64,000 nt of DNA from Chrysomallon squamiferum (Eukaryota > Animalia > Mollusca). The position numbers were made by a program, and so were the translations under genes. The notes below the pieces were generated by a model. The model searched no databases and was not told the origin of the DNA. It was given only the letters and a program-made list of their open reading frames with translations. The stretch is from contig CM022667.1 of the NCBI GenBank assembly GCA_012295275.1, positions 6,882,001 through 6,946,000 of the forward strand. Reading direction: 5' to 3'. This document shows positions 50,617 through 64,000 of the stretch, in pieces. Position 1 is the first letter of the stretch. Each line of letters opens with the position of its first letter.

Positions 50617-53600
50617 GTTGTTGCTTAACTGACTTAATTATTTCACGCTTGTCTTGACTCGTAAATTGTTAAGCTCGGTTAACAAATAACTGTATTAATT
50701 TCACTTAAAAACAACTTTTCAGTAAAAACACTGCTAACGACTGATTTTTGTTTTTGTTGTTTGTACTTTGGTTTGCATTATGACAGAGGAGATAAACCGA
50801 GCTGCAAACCAGAGTTAAACAAAGCTTTGCACTTCACCTGCACGACAGCTCATACCACGTTCTTTGACTAGCCATCGTGGAAGATGGGATGCAAACTCTG
50901 GTGACGAGCACGTTACAGAAATGATTTGTTTGTGACGTAGAAACATACTCACCCTAGAAATCAGAGTAGTGACGTTTGTCTTACTTCGAACGTGAATCCA
51001 TGACGTCACTTCCGGCATGTTTCCATCTTTGACGGCAACACTTGATAATCTAAAACGTAAAAAGATTTAGAACTATGTTTTATAGAATTAATAAAACGAT
51101 TTTAAAATAATTTCTTTATTCAGTTTTAATTTAATTAATTAAATATTTCATAAATTAATTAACTTTATTTATTTATTTATTTATTTATTTATTACTAGTT
51201 TCAACAGAATCATTTCGTAAAAATCATGAATTATATATCTGCCTCAAGACGACGATGTCAGTAGTGACTGATTGATTACGTCATCAAATTACCTTCCGGC
51301 TGTAAGAAACGTTCCATTTGCGCTGCCCAGGGCGGTCAGTGCCACACCCACCGGGATAACAGCAGAATACTTCCCCAGCATTCGTTCTCCAAACGTCTAC
51401 ATATAACATAACATAACATAACATAATATAACATAACATAACATAACATAACAATATAACATAATATAATATAATATAACATAACATAACATAACATAAC
51501 ATAACATAACATAACATAACATAACATAACATAATATAATATAATACAGCATAGTATAGTATAATATAATGTAATACAAAACGTAGGTGTGTGTGTTTTT
51601 CTTACAATGTATTTTGAATATGAAAGAAAATGTTGCATGGAATGCTATCGCCAGTGCCTCCACTATATGTGACATCATCATAATCATCCGTATTATCAAC
51701 GCTGTTATTGTTAATAATATTTCTATTTTTATGCTGTTATTACTTTTATTGTTGTTGCTATCTTTATTATTGTTATAGCTAATGTTGTTGTTATTATTAT
51801 TGTTATTACTGTTTTCTTAATTATTGTGGTTGTTATTGTTTTTATTATAGTTGTTGTTATTGTTATTATATTATTACCTAACAATAAGTCTACTCACAAC
51901 ACCAATTGCATCTGACGATATCATATCCTCTTTCGTCATGACAGTGAAATATGACGTCACAACAAGCATATAGATCACACTAACCAATGGGATTACTGTA
52001 ATCACCAGGCGGGGTAAATTTCTAAAAGTAATAATTTATTATTTAACAAACTTCATTCATTCATTCATATTTATTTATTTATTTTTATTATTATTATTTT
52101 TTTTATTATTATTATTATTTTTTTATATTATTATTATTATTTTTAACACCTGTAAATATATTATTTTATAGTGAATAAGGATAATAACATGTAACTAATA
52201 ACAAAACTATGTAAATTACCTAGGAGGATTTTTCACTCCTCGTGTGACGTGATTTACGTTTGACCTAAAATAAAACAAGAAGTTCATGAAATAACAGGAC
52301 ACGTTTTTTTTTTTCACGTCGCGGCTCTTTAACGTCAGAAGGGAAGTAACTCACCATCCACCATAAGCCCAGAGTCCGTTGTAAACTGCGAATGCTACTG
52401 ACGCCGGTTGTTGATTAGTTCCCTTGAACCCACTCTCCAACACCTGCATGTGACCTGTATTTAATTTTAAAATAACCACAGCAACGACTACAGCAATAAT
52501 AACAACAACAACAACAATAATAATACACGTACGCACAAACACATAAGCGAAAGAATAATTTTATTGAAATACGATAGCGAAAAAAAAAGAAACAAGGAAA
52601 GAATTTAGAATTTTTTTTTTTTTTTAATTAAAAAAATTTGAAGAGAGACACAAAGTAAAAATAAATAAATAAAATAAATAAATAATAAATAAACCTTGAA
52701 AGAGTCTGAAAAGACCAAACAACACAATAACAGCTAGAGCTGTCACTTTGCCCACCGTGGCGAGAAGCTGAACTTGCTCTGCCAGTTTGAAACTAAACGC
52801 GTTCATCAAAGCAAGTGAAACTGAAAAATATCAAAATAACAAAAACATTCCAACGTGTATACTTCCATCAGCAATGTTTTACTAAACATACATACATAAA
52901 AAAAACATACCTAAAACTTCTTAAACAAACACATAAACACATCTGTACTAGCAAACGCATAAGCAGCAAACATATAAACACATAACGCATCTACACAAAC
53001 AAACAGATCTATACAGAAAACAAATACATCTACACAAGCAAACATATAAACACATCTACACAAACAGACACATAAATACATACATTCCAACATAGGCTCA
53101 TATAATTATTAAAAATAAACTTCAATACACAAATACCGACACACATAAACTGTGTTATCAATTTCAGATTTGTGGCAAATGACTAAGAACAGAGGAAGGA
53201 ATTTGAATTTCATTTGAATTTTTAAAAAACATTTTAAATTCTGATGTTGACTTTTAGTTGAAACACATCACAGAGATACACGAACAATTCTAAATATGCG
53301 ACAGATAAAGACAGATCTCTTGTCTTTGTTTTTGTTGATAACGCTGTCGTACGCTGCTTTACAAAATATTTGTGTCGTTCAAACCACATCACTTTTATCT
53401 AAATGGGTTCAACAAAGTAGCTACCTGCACATCGCATGTGACGTCTTTATGACGTCATAGATTAGTAGGATGCTCTTGTTGTCTAGTTAGGTTAACGACT
53501 CGAAGTGTTTGAACAATTTTCTTACAAGAGTAACGAAGAAAAAAATCTGCTACAACGCTACGCTGTAGAAAATTAACAAACGCGATACGAAATTATGAAT

Positions 53601-54412
53601 TAACATCACATGTGTAGAATTTAATGAGATAATCTTTCTTCAAACATGAGCCATGTTTTGTGTTTATCTTTGTTCATTTCAGGTTTTCACAAACTTGCAC
53701 TACATTCAGGTATGTAACTGTTGAGGTAAACACCGTTGTCTCTCCACAGAGAAACTCGTTAAAATGTACATTTGTATGATCCAATAGCCAATATTTAGTT
53801 CATTACGTCCAATCTTTACTAATAATAAAGTATAAGGGTAATACACTTGTGAAAAATGCTAATAAACCGAAGTTTGTTTTATTATTGAAACGCAGTAAGT
53901 ACAAACATGCTTCATCACTTATCTTGTTATTTCTAACTGAACTTTTCGTATAATAATAATAATAATACCTAAAAAAATAATAATAGTAATATTAACAACA
54001 GTAAAGAAGAAGAAGAAATAAAATAGCTAATGATAGCCGAAAGCTACCGAAGACGATTCTCACCTAGAGCGGTGATAGCCAGGATTTTCCGTAGAGTTTC
54101 TGGTGGGCCGCACCCGTCATACAGGGCGTCAGCGACGTAGTCACAGAATGCAACACAGAACACGGCGGTACCAACGGGCTCGGCAGCGGCTATACGCATC
54201 CAACAGTACACGAAGGCTACGACGGGGCCAAATGCCTCTGAAATGTAAGCATACTCCACTCCTTCCTTCTTCACAGACTCGCGCAGTTCCGTAAAACACA
54301 GAGCGGCTGAAATTTAACAACAACTACAACAACACTAAACAGTAATACAAAAAATAAACTAATATAGTCTTTCAATTCATTTCATGAGTTTTAACCGTTA
54401 TCATCATCATTA

Positions 54413-54443
<31 letters not shown>

Positions 54444-55336
54444 TTTATTTTGTTATTTTGTTATTGTTGTTGTAGAAAAGCAGAGAATTTAAATCTGACA
54501 CTGAAAGTTTCGGTTTTTAGCAGCACCGTGATAATAAATGACGTCATAACAATATACGAATATTCCGACATATGAGTAATTTTTATAATTACGTCTGTTT
54601 CCTTATGTAGTTATTTTATTATACTTTATTATTTTCACGGTTTCCTAAACAAAAACAAAAACGTAATTGCAGCAGACGTCAAAGTGAAGTAACTCGGCAG
54701 TTATTTCAATATAAGTACTCTTTCCTGTTACCTTTGTTTCTGTTGAAATTTTTATTACTGTCGTTGTTATGCTTAATGCTAATATTTTCGACGTTCTTGT
54801 TCTTGTTCTGTTTTTGACACTGATACTGTTGTTGTTATTTTGTTGTTAATGTGGTTACATTTTTTTGTTTTACTTTGGTTACATTTTAATGCTGTTATTG
54901 TTTACATTACAAAGTCTTTACTGCTGTTATTTTTTAATGTTTTTGTTTCGTTGTCATTGCTATTGGTGTATTTAAACGCACTTATTCTTATTATAATTAT
55001 TATTTAATGTTATTGTTGTTGTTAATATTAATTTAGTTTTCGTTGATGTTTTATTCCTTATCATTCACATGAGAAAGAGTGATCTGGAAAGAGAGAGGGA
55101 CAGTGAGTGACATACCTAAAGTGCTGAACACACCGCAGAACGCCCAGACAACCAGTGACAGCCCCACTGAACCAGCGCCCTCTAGCACTCCTTTTGGAGA
55201 CGTGAATATCCCAGGTCCTTTCAGATAAATAAATAAATAAACAAATAAATACATGCCTAGAGAAAGACAGATATACAGAACAATAATAATTAAAATAACT
55301 ATAATGATAATAATAATAATTAAAACAACTATAATG

Positions 55337-55414
<78 letters not shown>

Positions 55415-55558
55415 GTTATAATAATACTATGATGAAAACGTTGATAACAATAATAATAATAAAAAAAAACAGTTAACATCATACATACACATACATATGC
55501 ACAATTCAGTTAATTAATACAAAGTGAATGAAACATATATACGTACATACAGGGGCAC

Positions 55559-55596
<38 letters not shown>

Positions 55597-55969
55597 ACAC
55601 ACACAAACACACACACAAACACACACACACACACACACACACACAGATATATGGATAAACACACGTATAATAAATAAAAATACCTATAATAGTAGAAGCA
55701 ATCAGTGATCCGCCGTAAATTATTCCAATCTCCTTGAGATCAGTGACGCCATTTTGTGATTTATTTGGAACATTCGCGAAATCCACTTTTTTATGCTCCG
55801 ACTGACCTGACCCCCGGGGAACCCAGATCCCTGGCTGCCCATTGCTAACAATACCATTCACTGAATACGACGTCCGCCTTTTCGTCAAAACTAAATAAAC
55901 AAACAACACAACGACAACATATAAGCCGCATAAATAAATAAATAATTGAAGAAACCAAACCAAAATTAC

Positions 55970-56039
<70 letters not shown>

Positions 56040-56912
56040 GTTATTGCTGTTGTTGTTTTTAATTGCAATAATATTTAATAGCTGGATTTTATTTATCAAA
56101 ATTATACTAACAGTATGTACTAAATATTTTATACATGTATGTGTATGTCTATATAAAATACAAAATTTGTTATTCATTCATTCATTCATTCATTCATTCG
56201 TTTGTTTATTTATTTAGAAGCTTCTGATATACGTATTTCCACTGAAATTATCTTTCATTTCACATCCACACATTCTGTTACCTAGCAACCCAGTATATGT
56301 CTGTCTGTCTGTCTGCCTAGCTACCTTCCTGACCACCTGTCTGCCTGGATACAGTTCTGCATGCGTAGCTAGGTACACAGAAATACAGACACATACACTA
56401 CAGTTCTGCATGCACAGCTAGGTACACAGAAATACAGACACATACACTACAGTACTGCATGCACAGCTAGGTACACAGAAATACAGACACATACACTACA
56501 GTACTGCATGCACAGCTAGGTACACAGAAATACAGACAAATACACACATACACTGCATGCATGCATGCACAGCTAGGTACACAGAAATACAGACACATAC
56601 ACTACAGTACTGCATGCACAGCTAGGTACACAGAAATACAGACACATACACTACAGTACTGCATGCACAGCTAGGTACACAGAAATACAGACACATACAC
56701 CACAGTTCTGCATGCACAGCTAGGTACACAGAAATACAGACACATACACTACAGTACTGCATGCACAGCTAGGTACACAGAAATAGAGACACATACAGAC
56801 AGACAAATACACATCGACAGTCAGGCGGACAAGCTGACAGACAGATTTTTTCTACCTCTCCGTCTCTCTGTGAATTGTTTTTGAAAATTAACATACCTTC
56901 AGCTGGTTCCAT
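45983..56912 (-). CDS. Divergent SLC7 (b(0,+)AT/LAT-like) light chain with a long extra C-terminal tail
   Basis: Exons 56912-56897 (MEPAE), 55890-55684, 55217-55116, 54306-54064, 52820-52695, 52454-52355, 52264-52220, 52021-51898, 51396-51293, 51049-50953, 48729-48580, 48260-48092, 47695-47647, 46700-45983. All GT-AG and in frame. Internal exon sizes (102, 243, 126, 100, 45, 104, 97, 150, 169) equal those of the + strand paralog. Confidence 0.85.
46703..47315. repeat. 18-bp and ~72-bp minisatellites next to the last-exon acceptor
   Basis: catcaacatcaactactt x5, then aaacaacatcaactacttcttatattaaacagtac...cacacagtgtaaatagtgaatacag units. Confidence 0.9.
47430..47645. repeat. ~71-bp triplication abutting the exon-13 donor
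   Basis: Three copies of ataataaaaacttttgaaaattaaatagtaaaataatactgaattttaactgcttatgaaataaaacattt. Confidence 0.9.
56350..56795. repeat. 49-bp minisatellite in intron 1 of the minus-strand SLC7
   Basis: About 9 copies of agctaggtacacagaaatacagacacatacactacagtactgcatgcac. Confidence 0.95.
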
Positions 56913-57855
56913 TTCGCATTGCAAAGACGCAATGAGTTCTGAGGAACACTTTCCAGCGTTCTTTATCTACGTCAATGCAATCATCATTAATCATTCTTTC
57001 TATCATACTTATTCTTTAACGGAGACCCATTCATGATTAGCTTCCCAGTATCACTTAACGACCTTGACCGTTTACTTGCAAACGACAAGAACGCCATATT
57101 CTAAATCAGTTAATTTAAACAAAAGTACACCCGCTTTTTCAGATATGAACGTCAGTTCTGATGAGGAAAAACACGGGAGATTTACACAGAGCACAGTTAC
57201 TAAAGAATGATGAGATGTTTCTTTGCTGATAATCGTCACAAAACGTCAAGATTTGATGATCGACATTAGGAATTCAGTCTGAAAAACGGGTAACAAACCC
57301 ATGCAGACATTTATATATATTCACTCTAGTGTCGTCATATTTGTTTACTATCTGTCATTGTTTATTTTTATTTAATTTGTTGTTATTAAAATTGTTGTAA
57401 CTTTTCAATTGCGGTTTGCTTAGAATGTTTATTTTGCTATTATTCTCTTTTTTCTTTTGTTTGTTTGTTATTAATGAATTTATTTATTTATTAAAACAAA
57501 TTTTAAAATTCTTTGTTGCTTAGTTTGTTAGGTTTGTCTTGTTTTATTGTGATATTTTAAAAGCTCACAAGCTGTACTTTGGAGTAATACAAAACGAGTA
57601 AGCAATTTATTCTGACAGTGAATACGTTCTTTCCATTTCCAGTACAAAGGTGACAATGAGAGAAGCATTTATATAGATGTCCTATATTTTAAAAGATACA
57701 CTAATTAATTAGTTAATTCATAGTCAAAGGATAAAACAAAAATAAGATTTCCATGTCTTAATCTGATGTCACGTTACTTTGTTAAATTAACAGAAATTGT
57801 GCTGTGGAGGTTGATTAAGCAGTGATGTTAAAGACTACCTGCGACATGGCGGACA

Positions 57856-60800
57856 GCTACTACATCACTGTCACTACATCACTGTCACTACATCACTGCA
57901 ACTACATTATTGTCACTACATCACTGTCACTACATCACTGTCACTACATCATTGTCACTACATCACTGTCACTACATCACTGTCACTACATCATTGTACT
58001 ACATCAATGTCACTACATCACTGTCACTACATTATTATCACTACATCATTGTACTACATCACTGTCACTACATCACTGTCACTACATCACTGTCACTACA
58101 TCACTGTCACTACATCACTGTCACTACATCAATGTCACTACATCACTGTCACTACATCACTGTCACTACATCACTGTCACTACATCATTGTACTACATCA
58201 TTGTCACTACATCACTGTCACTACATCATTGTCACTACATCACTGTCACTACATCACTGTCACTACATCATTGTACTACATCATTGTCACTACATCACTG
58301 TCACTACATCACTGTCACTACATCATTGTACTACATCACTGTCACTACATCATTGTACTACATCATTGTACTACATCACTGTCACTACATCACTGTCACT
58401 ACATCATTGTACTACATCATTGTACTACATCATTGTACTACATCACTGTCACTACATCACTGTCACTACATTATTATCACTACATCACTGTCACTACATC
58501 ACTGTCACTACATCATTGTCACTACATCACTGTCACTACATCATTCTACTACATCATTGTACTACATCATTGTACTACATCACTGTCACCACATCATTGT
58601 ACTACATTATTGTCACTACATCATTGTACTACATCATTGTCACTACATCATTGTACTACATCATTGTACTACATCATTGTCACTACATCATTGTACTACA
58701 TCATTGTACTACATCACTGTCACTACATCACTGACACTACATTATTATCACTACATCATTGTCACTACATCACTGTCACTACATCACTGTCACTACATCA
58801 TTATCACTACATCATTGTACTACATCATTGTACTACATCACTGTCACTACATTATTATCACTACATCATTGTACTACATCACTGTCACTACATCACTGTC
58901 ACTACATCATTATCACTACATCATTGTACTACATCATTGTCACTACATCATTGTACTACATCATTGTACTACATTACTGTCACTACATCATTGTCACTAC
59001 ATCATTGTACTACATCATTGTCACTACATCATTGTACTACATCATTGTACTACATCACTGTCACTACATCATTGTCACTACATCACTGTCACTACATCAT
59101 TCTACTACATCATTGTACTACATCATTGTACTACATCACTGTACTACATCATTGTACTACATCACTGTCACTACATCACTGTCACTACATCACTGTCACC
59201 ACATCATTGTACTACATTATTGTCACTACATCATTGTACTACATCATTGTCACTACATCATTGTACTACATCATTGTCACTACATCATTGTACTACATCA
59301 TTGTACAACATCACTGTCACTACATCACTGTCACTACATTATTATCACTACATCATTGTACTACATCATTGTCACTACATCATTGTACTACATCACTGTC
59401 ACCACATCATTGTACTACATTATTGTCACTACATCATTGTACTACATCATTGTCACTACATCATTGTACTACATCATTGTACTACATCATTGTCACTACA
59501 TCACTGTACTACATCATTGTACTACATCACTGTCACTACATCACTGTCACTACATTATTATCACTACATCGTTGTCACTACATCACTGTGACTACATCAC
59601 TGTCACTACATCATTCTCACTACATCATTGTACTACATCATTCTCACTACATCATTGTACAACATCATTGTACTACATCACTGTCACTACATTATTATCA
59701 CTACATCATTGTACTACATCACAGTCACTACATCACTGTCACTACATCATTATCACTACATCATTGTACTACATCATTGTCACTACATCATTGTACTACA
59801 TCATTGTACTACATCACTGTCACTACATCATTGTCACTACATCATTGTACTACATCATTGTACTACATCACTGTCACTACATCATTGTCACTACATCACT
59901 GTCACTACATCATTCTACTACATCATTGTACTACATCATTGTACTACATCACTGTCACTACATCACTGTCACTACATCACTGTCACTACATCATTGTACT
60001 ACATCACTGTCACTACATCATTGTACTACATCATTGTACTACATCACTGTCACTACATCACTGTCACTACATCACTGTCACTACATCATTGTACTACATC
60101 ACTGTCACTACATCATTGTACTACATCATTGTCACTACATCACTGTCACTACATCACTGTCACTACATCATTCTACTACATCATTGTACTACATCATTGT
60201 ACTACATCACTGTCACTACATCACTGTCACTACATCACTGTCACCACATCATTGTACTACATTATTGTCACTACATCATTGTACTACATCATTGTCACTA
60301 CATCATTGTACTACATCATTGTCACTACATCATTGTACTACATCATTGTACTACATCACTGTCACTACATCACTGTCACTAAATTATTATCACTACATCA
60401 TTGTCACTACATCACTGTCACTACATCACTGTCACTACATCATTATCACTACATCATTGTACTACATCATTGTCACTACATCATTGTACTACATCACTGT
60501 CACTACATCACTGTCACTACATTATTATGACTACATCATTGTCACTACATCACTGTCACTACATCACTGTCAGTACATCACTGTCACTACATCATTATCA
60601 CTACATCATTGTCACTACATCATTGTCACTACATCATTGTCACTACATCATTGTACTACATCATTGTCACTACATCACTGTCACTACATCACTGTCACTA
60701 AATCACTGTAACTACATCAATGTCACTACATCACTGTCACTACATCACTGTCACTACATCACTGTAACTACATCAATGTCACTACATCACTGTCACTACA

Positions 60801-61440
60801 TCACTGTCACTACATTATTGTCACTACATCATTGTCACTACATCAATGTCACTACATCACTGTCACTACATCACTGTCACTACATCATTGTCACTACATC
60901 ATTGTACTACATCACTGTACTACATCATTGTACTACATCACTGTCACTACATCACTGTCACTACATCATTATGACTACATCACTGTAACTACATCACTGT
61001 CAGCACATCATTGTCACTACATCATTGTCACTACATCATTGTCACTACATCACTGTAACTACATCACTGTAACTACATTATTGTCACTACATCATTGTCA
61101 CTACATCACTGTCACTACATCATTGTCACTACATCACTGTCACTACATCATTATCACTACATTATTATCACTACATCACTGTCACTACATCACTGTCACT
61201 ACATCATTGTCACTACATCATTGTCACTACATTATTATCACTACATCACTGTCACTACATCACTGTAACTACATCACTGTAACTACATTATTATCACTAC
61301 ATCATTGTCACTTTCATTGTCACTGTATTTTCTCTCACTGTCTTATAGTAACTACATTATGTCTGTATTTTCACTGTCATTGTCACTCATTTATGTCACT
61401 ACATCATTGTCATCACTGTCACTACATCATTGTCTTTCAT
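57856..61440. repeat. 3.6-kb satellite of mixed 14-bp (actacatcactgtc) and 13-bp (actacatcattgt) units
   Basis: Continuous tandem array; source of the spurious HHC/YIIV ORFs. Confidence 0.97.
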
Positions 61441-61529
61441 TGTCTGTCACTCTCGCAGTAGTTAGTGTCTGATCAGCAGTATGGAAATATATTTCTCTGT
61501 TTCTTATTTATGCCTGTTTCACTTTCTTT

Positions 61530-62325
61530 ATTTCTGTCTTATAGTTTTTATGTCTGTATTTTCTCTGTGTCTTATCAGTCTTTATGTCTGTATTTTATCT
61601 GTGTCTTATAGTCTTTATGTCTGTATTTTCTGTGTCTTATAGTCTTTATGTCTGTATTTTCTGTGTCTTATAGTCTTTATGTCTGTATTTTCTCTGTGTC
61701 TTATAGTCTTTATGTCTGTATTTTCTGTGTGTCTTATAGTCTTTATGTCTGTATTTTCTCTGTCTTATAGTCTTTATGTCTGTATTTTCTCTGTGTCTTA
61801 TAGTCTTTATGTCTGTATTTTCTCTCTGTCCTATAGTCTTTATGTCTGTATTTTTTGTGTCTTAGTCTTTATGTCTGTATTTTCTCTCTGTCTTTATGCC
61901 TGTATTTTCTCTGTCTTATAGTCTTTATGTCTGTATTTTTCTCTGTGTCTTATAGTCTTTATGTCTGTATTTTCTGTGTCTTATAGTCTTTATGTCTGTA
62001 TTTTCTCTGTGTCTTATAGTCTATGTCTGTATTTTCTCTGTGTCTTATAGTCTTTATGTCTGTATTTTCTCTGTGTCTTATAGTCTTTATGTCTGTATTT
62101 TCTGTGTCTTATAGTCTTTATGTCTGTATTTTCTCTCTGTCTTATAGTCTTTATGTCTGTATTTTCTGTGTCTTATAGTCTTTATGTCTGTATTTTCTGT
62201 GTCTTATAGTCTGTCTGTATTTTCTGTGTCTTATAATCTTTATGTCTGTATTTTCTCTGTGTCTTATAGTCTATGTCTGTATTTTCTGTGTCTTATAGTC
62301 TTTATGTCTGTATTTTCTCTGTCTC
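61530..62325. repeat. 31-35-bp minisatellite (tcttatagtctttatgtctgtattttctctgtg)
   Basis: About 24 tandem copies. Confidence 0.95.
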
Positions 62326-63266
62326 ACTCACACTGTCCCCAGCATCTCTCTTTCACTGTTTCTGTAAAGGTTTACGTCTGCCAGTCAGAATCAGAATAAT
62401 TCTACATCAGACATCACGTGTGTTTGTACTCCGTTCACTGACCTGTTGACAATGTGACGTCAAAACTAATATTATGTTCATCAGTGGCGAAATACACCGC
62501 TCTCGTTTTATGCTACGGTTATGAGTAGGGTCAAGGTCAGGATTGTTTTCTTATAGTGATTTCCAAAGTAATAAATAAATAAGTAAATAAATAAATAATA
62601 AATATGCTAATAGATAGTTTTGTAAAAAATAAATAAATATCCATGGCTGTATGTTTTTTATTTTACAAATCATATTTATTAAATTGTTTTGACAGTTGAT
62701 GTTAGATAAACAACTTTGTTACACTGTGAGGATCTCTGTGAATGAATTATTTACTTTGTTTTAATTATTCAGCTTCACCCACAGACACATTTATCACACT
62801 CAGGGTTGGTTCCAGCTGAGATATATTTTAAGATAAAGTGAATTTTGTTATGAAGAGAAAAATATGTCGTTTTTGTGTGACGTCTGTAAACAGCATCCGT
62901 GTTTGAACAAGTAAAACAAAGGTTATCTAATCTAGACTGAAGACATGACAGAACTGTTTTCTTTTAATACTTTACCGTTTTCGTTTCTTTTAATTTTCAT
63001 TGATTCCCTTTTATTTCATACAAGATTTCAATGGAGGTTGTTTGGCTTCGTTTCTCCTGTGTATGTCGGCATGTGTGTCTGTCTGTATTTATTATTATTA
63101 TTTTTTACATGTGAATGTTATATTTTCTTTTCGTCAGAATCTCTGTTTTCATGTGTGATAGCGCGCGGGTTTGTTATTCTTATTATTTTTTCATTGTTCT
63201 CTTCTGTTCACGATTCATTATTTACATCATCCAGTTGTCAATTAAAATAATACCAGTTTACTTTCT

Positions 63267-63305
<39 letters not shown>

Positions 63306-64000
63306 TAAAGAAACATTAATACTACCTCACTGACATACAGACGTATCAAACAAATGTGTACATATAAATGCTTTAGCTTACAAAAGAAACGAAGTATTTT
63401 TGGAAAGACATAATAAGACACAATTTTACATTTTAAAATTAGCTTCGTTATATTACTTCATTGTTCTTAATTTCACAATTTTCATCAATAATAGTTTCAG
63501 AAAACGGTGATAAATTATTTATCGTACTAGCATCAATGTTTAACGTACACGCTGAGTACTTCGTAAAGAATTTTTTGTGCATTCTGAAATCAGCCGCGAA
63601 AAGCCGATAACTATTCTGCTGATTACTCAAACATAACACATTTAATAAACAAGACAACGAATATTTTAGAAATTGAACGTAAATCTGAATCAACAGGTAA
63701 CAAATATTAACATTCTTTAGTGCTTAGACAGAAGTAATTGTAAGAAAACATTTCTCAAAATTAAGTTCTCATTCGTAACAAGTTATGTTTTGGGCGGAAA
63801 GGACACTACTTTTTATAAACATACAATTTTTACAGGTCACACAATTAAAACACTTTTTTTTAAAATAATTACTTTTATTTATTTACTGCACAAGGTAGAT
63901 ATGAAAGATATCTTCAAAAAACAAAAACAAAACAAACAAAACATGATTTTCAAGACCCTCTTCAGTATATTATTTAATAACAAATCACAAAAAATATAAT

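Noticed and set aside
57822-61461. Long His/Cys-rich ORFs (up to 791 aa) in all three + frames
   Set aside because: The satellite units contain no stop codon on this strand, and the 13/14-bp periodicity is not codon-compatible.

Overview
AT-rich, intron-containing animal DNA with many microsatellites; a mollusc-like invertebrate is my inference. I reconstructed spliced genes by hand from GT-AG sites and reading frames. (1) 3' exon of a C2H2 zinc-finger gene with coding minisatellites (+, <1-2802). (2) A minus-strand Ig-domain gene: one leader exon, four tandem near-identical phase-1/1 V-like Ig exons and a GPI-signal-like tail (7115-12467), plus a broken paralog and orphan terminal exons. (3) A decayed RTE-type LINE (~17.9-18.6 kb). 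(4) NPEPL1, 12 coding exons (+, 20386-28072). (5) An AQP4-type aquaporin with an altered ar/R filter (-, 30085-31376). (6) A b(0,+)AT/SLC7A9-like transporter (+, 33212-45039) with a damaged exon 8 and a degenerate internal duplication. (7) A convergent SLC7 paralog (-, 45983-56912) with matching exon sizes but altered motifs (GSG>GPG, TEE>TRG) and an extra 238-aa RRxS-rich, acidic tail ending in a PDZ-type -TKL. (8) Satellites at 56-62 kb. A recurring theme is intronic minisatellites built from the adjacent splice site. All calls come from reading the sequence; no searches were run.
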